Of a stretch of DNA of 64,000 nucleotides, positions 56,038 to 64,000 are shown piece by piece; the stretch's first letter is position 1, and the number at the start of each line of letters is the position of its first letter. The DNA is from Rhizomicrobium sp. (GTDB lineage Bacteria > Pseudomonadota > Alphaproteobacteria > Micropepsales > Micropepsaceae). The translations under genes were made by a program, and so were the position numbers. Under the pieces are notes generated by a model, which ran no database searches, was not told the origin of the DNA, and worked only from the letters and a program-made list of their open reading frames with translations. The stretch is from NCBI GenBank assembly GCA_037355265.1, contig JBBCIB010000001.1:151839-215838 (forward strand), written 5' to 3'.

Positions 56038-58849
56038 ATGTCCTTGTTTTCGTGTAACTTTTCGCGCGTGCTTGTTGGCTTCGGCCGCCGTCCTTGCCGG
56101 CGCCGGGCCTGCCGGCGCGGCCACGATCGACATCACCGGCACGACGACGACCCAGCAAAGCCTGTCCGGCACCGATACGCTGACGGTCGAGACCACCGGC
56201 AAATTGTCGGTCGGCGCCAGCGATCCGGCGCTGCAGATCAACAATGCCAGCACCGGCGTGGTGATCACCAATCTGGGGCTGATCGAGGACACGCATTCCG
56301 GCGCCTCGCGCGCGGTGCGCATCGCCAGCGGCGGCTCGGGCGCGGCCGGCACCACCCGCACCGTCACCCTGAACAACGCCGCCGGCGCCACGATCCAGAC
56401 CAATGGCGACGCGTTCCAGAGCCAGGTCAACGTCGCCACCGGCACGATCACCGTCAACAATGCCGGCCTGCTGCAGAGCATCGGCACCGGCGCCAACAAC
56501 GGCCAGGCGATCGACCTGGACAACATCCAGGCCGGCACGGCGACGATCGTGATCAACAACAGCGCCACCGGCGTGATCAGGGCGGCCGATGCGGACGCCA
56601 TCCGCCCCGGCAACAACAGCACGGTGAGCAATCACGGCCTGATCTTCGGCGGCACCGCTAGCGCGACCGGCAATGACGGCGTGGACTTCCAGAGCGCCAA
56701 CACCGGCACGGTCAACAATTTCTCCGACGGCTCGATCATCGGCACCCGCCACGGCATCACCGGCGACCGGGCGCAGACCATCGTGAACAGCGGCATCATC
56801 ACCGGACAGGCGGGTTCGGGCATCAATCTCGACACCGTCACCGGCACCACGGTCGTCACCAACAATGCCGGTGGCATGATCACCGGCACCATCCCCGCGG
56901 GCGCACCGGCCGGCAGGACGGCGACGGCATCGATGTCGACTACCTGGTCAACGTCACCAATTCGGGCACGATCCGCGCGGTCGGCACCGGCACGGGCGGC
57001 GAGACCAACGAGGCGCTGGCGATCGGCGGCGGCACGGTGACCAACACTGCGGGGCGGGCTCATCCAGTCCGACCAGCGCGCCATCACCGTCGACGACAGC
57101 AATCTGGGCAATGCCTTCGGCGCCATCGTCATCGACAATGCGGGCACGATCACCGGCCAGGACGGCGAGGCGATCAAGATCACCAGCATCCTGGCGAACA
57201 CGCTGACCAACCGCGCCACCGGCGTGATCAATGGCAGCGTGACGATGGGCGCCGGCAACGACACGGCGAACCTGTTCGCCGGCCAGGCGCTGAACGGCAC
57301 ACTGAACGGCGGCGCCGGCAGCGATACGCTCACCCTCAACGGCCCGGGCACGGCGAGCTTCGCGGGCGCCTCGGCGTTCGAGACCCTGGGCGTGCTCGGC
57401 GGCAATTGGACGCTCACCGGCGCGCAGAGCTACGCCACCGCGACGTCGGTCGCGAGCGGCGCCTCGCTGGCCGTGAACGGCTCGCTGAGCACCGGTACGC
57501 TGACCTTCGCCAGCGGCTCGACCTACAACGTCGCGGTCACGCCCGCGGCGGCCGCGGGCGCCGTCACGGCGACCGGCGCAGTGACGCTCGCCGGCGGCAG
57601 CGTCGCGGTGACGGCGGCCTCCGGCGCCTATGCCAATGTCACGCAATACACGCTGATCAGCGGCGCCAGCCTCACCGGCACGTTCACGGGCGGCGCGACG
57701 GTCAACCTGCCCTTTCTCGTGCCGTCGCTGGTCTACAGCAACACGGCGGTACAGCTCGTCCTGACGCGCAACTTGACGTTCCTGACGCAGAAGGCGGTGA
57801 CGCCGAACCAGATCGCGGGTGGCGACGGCGCTGGACCACAGCCCGACCAACAGCGCGCTGTTCGTCGCCCTCGTGCCGCTGAGCGGTGCCGCGGCCGATG
57901 CCGCCTTCGACGCCCTGTCGGGCGAAATCCATGCCGACGCGGCGAACGCGCTGCTCGGCGACATCGGCAACGTGCAGGGCGCCGTGCTCGACCGCTTGGT
58001 GCAGGATCCGGTCGAGGAGCCGGGGCGCGTTCTGGGTCCATGGCGTGGGCAGCTGGCGCGACCTCGACGGCACCGGCGGCACGTCCGGGCTGCATGCGCA
58101 GAACGCCGGCTTCGTCGCCGGCTATGACGGCGCCGTTGCCGACGGCGTGCGGATGGGCGCGGCGCTGGGCTATTCCGACACCGCCTTCAAGGTTTCGGCG
58201 CTGGACAGCCGCGGCCATGCCGACGGATTGGACTTCGCGCTCTATGCCGAAGGCGACATCGCCGACCATGTGCGGTTGCGCGGCAGCGCCGGCGTCACGC
58301 ACTATTTCGCCATCCAGACCGAGCGCATGGTCGCGGTGCCGAGCGTCCAGACGCTGGATGCGAGCTACCATGGCGACGCGGTCTACGGCTTCGCCGAGGC
58401 CAGCTATCGCGTGGCGTTCGACGCGCTGACGGTCGAGCCGCTGGTCGACGTCAACGTCGTCGGCCTGTCGACCGGCAATTTCGCCGAGACCGGCGGCAGT
58501 GCGGGCGGTCAGCGGCGCCGGCCAGAGCCAGGACGTCGTCTACACCACGGTGGGCGCGCGGCTGTCCGGCGATTTCGACCAGGGCGAGCACCATCTGGCG
58601 CCGCACCTGATGGTCGGGTGGCGCAACGCTTCGGGCGACCTGCGCAGCCGCATCGATCAGGTGTTCCAGAGCACCGGCGCCGCCTTCTCGGTGACCGGCA
58701 CGCCGCTCAGCAGCAATTCGGCGGTGGCGGACGCCGGGCTGGACGCCGCGCTGGGCCAGGGCTTCACGCTCAGCGGCGCCTATAACGGGCAGTTCTCCGG
58801 GCGCGAGACCTCGAACGGCGTATCGCTGACGCTCGCCTGGAATTACTGA
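56038..58849 (+). CDS. Autotransporter (type Va) with beta-helix passenger; several frameshifts
   Basis: Signal peptide; N.G.I repeats; [14 protein letters not shown]; TPNQ..A.ALD linker, D.LSGEIHA; beta-barrel ending in W-N-Y. Confidence 0.85.
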
Positions 58850-58920
58850 CCGCCTCGCCGGACCGATAACGCCGTCTTAATCCGGCCGTCTTAGCCTGGG
58901 TGTCCCCGAATGGAACACCC

Positions 58921-61166
58921 ATGGCATCTGTCGAAGCCGTTGCGCCGAACCGCGCGGCCCGGGAACGGCCCCTGATCGATGTCGCGGTGTTTTCCGCGAC
59001 CAGCTTCCTGTCGGCCCTTCTGCTGTTCAGCGTCGAGCCGCTGTTTTCCAAGATGGTACTGCCGGTGCTGGGCGGCTCCGCGGCGGTCTGGTCGGTCGCC
59101 ATGGTGGTGTTCCAGAGCCTGCTGCTTGGCGCCTACGTCTATGCCTGGGCGCTGACCTCCTTTGTCGATCTGCGCAAGGCGCTGTTGCTCCACCTTGTGC
59201 TTCTGATCGCGGCAAATCTCTTCCTGCCCATCGCCATCGCATCGGGATTCGCGCGGCCGCCGCAGGACGGTGTCGCCGTCTGGCTGATCGGGCTCTTTAT
59301 CGTCTCGATCGGGCTGCCCTTCTTCGCGGTAGCGGCGAATGCGCCGCTGCTGCAGGCGTGGTTCGCCCGAACGGCGCCGGACCGCAATCCCTATTTTCTC
59401 TACCGCGCGTCCAATCTCGGCTCCTTCGCCGTCCTGCTCGCCTATCCGGTCGCGATCGAGCCGGCACTCGGACTGGCGGCGCAGTCGCGGCTGTGGAGCA
59501 TCGGATTTACGCTGCTCGCCCTGGGCATCGCCGCTTGCGGTGCGCGCGCGCTGCGCGCCGGCGCACGCGCAGTGCCGCAGAGCGAAGATCGCGCCGCGGT
59601 GCCGCGCTGGCGCGACCGCATCGCGTGGACGGTCCTCGGCCTGATCCCGTCCGGCCTGCTGGTCGCGACGACGGCGCATATCTCCACCGACGTCGCCTCC
59701 GCGCCGTTCCTGTGGATCGCGCCGCTGGCGCTCTATCTGCTGACCTTCGTCCTGGCGTTCGGCGACAAGCCACCGATCCCCTTCAAATGGCTGCTTGCAG
59801 TCCAGCCCCTGACCCTCGCGGTGCTTGCGTTCCTGTTCCTGTGGGGACCGGCGCTCACTTGGGGCATATCGCTGTTCGCACACCTGGCCGCGTTCTTCGT
59901 GGCCGCCATGATCTGCCACACCATGCTGTTCCGCCGCCGACCGGACGCCGCCAGGCTGACGGAATTCTATGTCTGGATGTCCCTGGGCGGGGTGCTGGGC
60001 GGCATTTTCACCGCCCTGGTCGCGCCCGCGATCTTCGACAGCGTCGTCGAATATCCGCTTCTGCTGCTCGGCGCTTTCGCGATGCGCCCCGATCTGCGCG
60101 GCCTCGGCGCCAAGCCCTGGATGCCGGACATCGCGCGCCTGCTGGCCGTCGCGGCGGCGCTGGGCGCGATCTATTTCGCGCTCGACGCGTATCGTCCGGC
60201 CTGGGCCATGCCTTCTATGCCGTCGGCGTCATCGCCGCCGCGGCGGTCATGGCCGTGCTGGTGCGCAAACCCGCGCTGTTGCTGGGACTGGCCGCAATGG
60301 TGTTCACGCTGACAACCGCCTTCCCGCCCGGCCAGGACGTCCTCTATCGCGGCCGCTCGTTCTTCGGCGTCTACAAGGTACTGGCCGAGGACGGCGGCAG
60401 GTACCACCTCCTCGTTCACGGGACGACGATCCATGGCGCGGGAGCGGATGCGTGACGACGCCGGCAAGACGCTGACCCGCCCGCCCGCCCCGCTCAGCTA
60501 CTATTATCGCGGCGGCGCCCTCGGCGACGCGATCGAAGCCGCCCGCGCCGCGGGCGGCGTCCCACCGCGTCGCCATCGTCGGCCTCGGCATCGGCGCGCT
60601 GTCCTGCTACCGGCGTCCCGGCGAGGTCTGGACGATCTACGAACTGGACCCGCTGATGGAGCGCATCGCGAAAAATCCTGCGCTGTTCCGCTCTTTCTCC
60701 GCTTGCGCGCCGAGCACGCCGGTGATCCTGGGCGACGCGCGCCTGACGCTGAAGGACGCGGCGCGCGGAATCGATCTTCTCGTGCTGGACGCGTTCACCT
60801 CCGACTCGGTTCCGGTCCATCTGCTGACACGGGAAGCCTTCGCGCTCTACCGATCGAAGCTGTCCGCCCACGGCGTCGTCGTCTTCCACATTTCCAATCG
60901 CAATCTGGAACTCGCCGGCGTGGTAGCCGCGTCCGCCGCGGCAAACGGCATGCCGGTCGCCGTGCACAGATCGCGCGGCGCGATCTCCGCCGAGACGACC
61001 CCGCCCGAAGTGGTGGTGGCGGCGCAAAGCCGGCGCGACCTGACCGCGCTGAAACTCGGCGCCGAATGGGAATCCGTCCGCACGCCGCCGGGATTCCGCA
61101 CCTGGACCGACGATTATTCCAACATCCTGGGCGTGCTCCTGGAGCGGCTCGCCGGACGGAACTAGG
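58921..61166 (+). CDS. Fused MFS/spermidine synthase-like membrane protein; frameshifts near 60205, 60437 and 60560
   Basis: LLFSVEP..KM.LP.LGGS.AVW, LVHGTTIHG, GDARL, DAFTSDSVPVHLLT, WTDDYSN. Confidence 0.88.
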
Positions 61167-61174
61167 ACGGGGCC

Positions 61175-61513
61175 ATGCCCGACGCCGCCGACGTCCGCGA
61201 AATCGCCCGTGCCCTGGAGGGCGTAACGCAGATCGATCATTGGGGACGGCCGGCCTGGCGCACCCAAAAGCGCATCTTCGCGGTGATGCGGCCGGACGGG
61301 CTGTTCCTGCACCTGCCGGAAGAGCGCAAGGACTTGCTGTTCGAGGCCGATCCCGCCGTATTCGTGAAATACATGTGGGGCAAGCGGGCGAATGTCATCG
61401 TGCAGATCGACAGGATTTCGAAGCGCGAACTGACGGCGCTGATCCGCGAGGCATGGAAGACGAACTATTCGCCGGCGAAGAAGGCCCGGCAAGACGCCGA
61501 GCCACGCCGCTAA
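61175..61513 (+). CDS. MmcQ/YjbR-family protein
   Basis: WGRPAWR..KRIFA, L..LIREAW. Confidence 0.8.
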   Translation: MPDAADVREIARALEGVTQIDHWGRPAWRTQKRIFAVMRPDGLFLHLPEERKDLLFEADPAVFVKYMWGKRANVIVQIDRISKRELTALIREAWKTNYSPAKKARQDAEPRR

Positions 61514-62365
61514 CGCGCGGCGATGAAATCCAGCATGTCCTGATAGAGCGTGGCGCGGTCGCGGAAACCCGGCGCCAGCGACAGGATGATGCCCAGATGG
61601 CTGACGCCGTCATAGAGCTTCACGTCGACGTCGTTGCCGGACGCGCGCAGCCGCGCCGCCATGCGGCGGGAATTGCCGGCGCCGACCGTGGTGTCGGCGG
61701 GTGCCGTGCGCCAGCAGCATCGGCGGGTGGCGGCCGGCGGCGTATCTGATCGGCTGGGTCGCCATGTCGCGGTCGCCGCCGAAGATATCGATCAGCGCCG
61801 GATCGTAAAGCGGCAGGAAGTCGTAAGGCCCCGCGATGCCGATGGCGCCGCGGATCCAGGACGGATCGGCCTGCGCCGTCTTCAGGTAGCTGTCGTTCAC
61901 CGCCAGCATCACCGCGATATAGGCGCCGGCGGAATGGCCGGAGACGAAGAGGCGTCCGGCATCGCCGCCATAGTCCCTCGCATGCTCGTGCACGAAGCGC
62001 ACGACATGCGCGCCATCTTCGAGGAAGGCGGGATATCTGACCTGCGGATAGAGCCGGTAGTCGGCGACGACGGTGACGATGCCCTTGCTGGCGAAGGCCT
62101 GGCCGACGGCCCGGTAGACGTCCTTCGAGCCGCTCTGCCAGCTTCCGCCATAGAAGAAGATCAGCACCGGTGCCGGCGCCTTCAGGCCGTCGGGCACGTA
62201 GACGTCGAGTTTCTGGCGCGGGTCGTTGCCATAGGCGACGTCGGACCTTATCGAATAGCCGGCGCGCGGCACCGCCAGGTTGAGCAGCGGCACGCAGGAC
62301 GCGAGCAGCAGGCCGGCCGCGGCGGCGGCAGCGTAGGACAGGCTGTGGGCGGCGGCTTTGAGCAT
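61510..62365 (-). CDS. Alpha/beta hydrolase (esterase-like lipoprotein); frameshift near 61699
   Basis: YGGSW, DYRLYP, GHSAG, GPYDF; C-terminus SHLGIILSL in another frame. Confidence 0.88.
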
Positions 62366-62581
62366 GGCGGACCAACCGATATACGATTCCGGAAGGGGTT
62401 TGGACCGGCGCCCCGGACGGATCGACGCGGCCGGTACAAATCATAGTATAGTCAATGTGTTAGATGCACCGGCGCCGGCCGCCGCCGGCCCGGTTGCGCG
62501 CGCCTGCCGCTTCCGCTAAAAGCCCCGCCTTCTGTCCTGCAAGTGTTGGCAGACGACGAAAAGCCCAAGGAATTCCAGACC

Positions 62582-63286
62582 ATGCGTGAGACCCAGGAAC
62601 TGCGCGCCGAACCGCGCACCGGCACCGGCAAGGGCCCCGCCTATCAGGCCCGGCTCAAGGGTCTGGTTCCCGGCGTCATCTATGGCGGCGATGAAGCACC
62701 GCAGAACGTCGCGGTCGATTTCCGCTCGCTGGAGCGCCAGTTCCAGACCGGCCACTTCACGACCTCGCTGCTGATGCTCGACGTCGGCGGCGCCAAGACC
62801 CGCGTGATCCCGCGCCAAGTCCAGGTCGATCCGGTGACCGACCGTCCCGTCCATGTCGATTTCATGCGCCTGGGCGAAGGCGCCAAGGTCCGCCTCGCCA
62901 TTCCCGTGCACTTCCGCAACCAGGGCGAGTCGCCGGGCCTGAAGAAGGGCGGCGTGCTAAACATCGTGCGCCACGAGATCGAGCTCCTGTGCCCGGCCGA
63001 GAGCATTCCGGACGAGATCGCCGTCGACCTCGCCGGCCTCGACATCCATGACTCGGTGCACATCTCGTCCATCGCGCTGCCCGAAGGCGTCAAGCCGATC
63101 GTCCGCGGCCGCGACTTCACCATCTGCTCCATCGTCGCGCCGACCAGCGTGATCGAAGAACAGAAGGCCGCCGCCGCCGCCGCCGCCGCTGCCGCCAATG
63201 CACCGGCTGCCGTGGAAGGCGCCGCGCCGGCCGAAGGCGCCGCGCCCGCGGCGGGCGCTGCACCTGCCGCCCCGGCGAAGAAGTAA
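62582..63286 (+). CDS. rplY: 50S ribosomal protein L25/Ctc
   Basis: VPGVIYGG, QVDPVTDRPVHVDF, PGLKKGGVL. Confidence 0.96.
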   Translation: MRETQELRAEPRTGTGKGPAYQARLKGLVPGVIYGGDEAPQNVAVDFRSLERQFQTGHFTTSLLMLDVGGAKTRVIPRQVQVDPVTDRPVHVDFMRLGEGAKVRLAIPVHFRNQGESPGLKKGGVLNIVRHEIELLCPAESIPDEIAVDLAGLDIHDSVHISSIALPEGVKPIVRGRDFTICSIVAPTSVIEEQKAAAAAAAAAANAPAAVEGAAPAEGAAPAAGAAPAAPAKK

Positions 63287-63304
63287 GGCGCAAGCCGCAC
63301 GCCG

Positions 63305-63922
63305 ATGTCCGATACGCCGCTACTCATCGCCGGGCTCGGCAATCCCGGCGCGGAGTATGCGCGCAACCGCCACAATGCGGGCTTCATGGCGGTGGACACG
63401 ATCCACGCCAGCCATCCCTTCGCGCCGTGGCGGGCCCGCTTCCACGGCCTGGTCAGCGAAGGCGCGCTGGTCGGCCGCAAGACCTTTCTGCTCAAGCCCG
63501 CGACCTATATGAACGAGAGCGGCCGGGCGGTCGGCGAGGCGGTGCGCTTCTTCAAGCTGCCGCCGGCGGCCGTGGTGGTGGTGCATGACGAGATCGCGCT
63601 GGCGGAGGCCAAGCTGAAGGTGAAGACCGGCGGCGGCGATGCGGGCAACAACGGCGCCCGCTCGATCACCGCGGCGATCGGGCCCGACTATCGCCGGGTG
63701 CGCATCGGCGTCGGCCATCCCGGGGAGAAGGCCCGCGTGACCGGCCATGTGCTGGGCAATTTCTCGCGCGACGACGAGGCCTGGCTGGTGCCGATGCTGT
63801 CGGCCATCGCCGAGGCCGCGCCGTTCCTGGCCAGGGACGACGACAACGGATTCATGAACAAGGTGACGCTGCTCCTGCACCCGCCGGTGCACAAGCCGAA
63901 GCCTGAAGGGAAGGACGCCTGA
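63305..63922 (+). CDS. pth: Peptidyl-tRNA hydrolase
   Basis: [32 protein letters not shown]. Confidence 0.95.
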   Translation: MSDTPLLIAGLGNPGAEYARNRHNAGFMAVDTIHASHPFAPWRARFHGLVSEGALVGRKTFLLKPATYMNESGRAVGEAVRFFKLPPAAVVVVHDEIALAEAKLKVKTGGGDAGNNGARSITAAIGPDYRRVRIGVGHPGEKARVTGHVLGNFSRDDEAWLVPMLSAIAEAAPFLARDDDNGFMNKVTLLLHPPVHKPKPEGKDA

Positions 63923-64000
63923 TGGGTTTCAAATGCGGCATCGTCGGGCTTCCCAATGTCGGCAAGTCCACACTATTCAATGCGCTGACGCAGACGGCGG
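63922..64000 (+). CDS. ychF: Redox-regulated ATPase YchF (3' partial)
   Basis: [23 protein letters not shown]. Confidence 0.93.
   Translation, partial: MGFKCGIVGLPNVGKSTLFNALTQTA

Noticed and set aside
63165-63280. GCC-rich repeat at the end of rplY
   Set aside because: Encodes the ordinary Ala/Pro-rich low-complexity tail of L25/Ctc.

Overview
High-GC alphaproteobacterial chromosomal window. The gene orders uvrC-pgsA-moaDE, lgt-midA-pgeF-prs-rplY-pth-ychF and ybjN-proC suggest this; a Rhizomicrobium/Caulobacter-like lineage is only a guess. Most of it is housekeeping (uvrB, uvrC, glnD, trpS, ilvE, proC, tdk, aqpZ, lgt, prs, rplY, pth). Accessory content: (1) a lower-GC island at about 1.2-5.8 kb, bounded by hairpin-rich non-coding ends, that truncates an amidohydrolase. 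It encodes a 'mini-RHS' protein (Sec signal peptide fused directly to the RHS-core DPxG motif and an HDxxH metallopeptidase-like tail, split by an ISAs1 element with a 10-bp TSD), two small exported immunity-like genes and an exported SirB1/transglutaminase-like protein. This is the best candidate for an undescribed system. (2) A low-GC 745-aa restriction-endonuclease-like plus PIN-like gene downstream of higBA, a defence candidate. (3) An IS481 element inserted in the loop of a 13-bp palindrome. (4) Three type II TA operons with palindromic operators and apparently leaderless promoters. (5) An autotransporter block between prs and rplY. Many single-base frameshifts, especially at 53.6-61.7 kb and including prs, look like assembly errors. 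No tRNA, rRNA or CRISPR array was seen. All family assignments come from motif recognition, not database searches.
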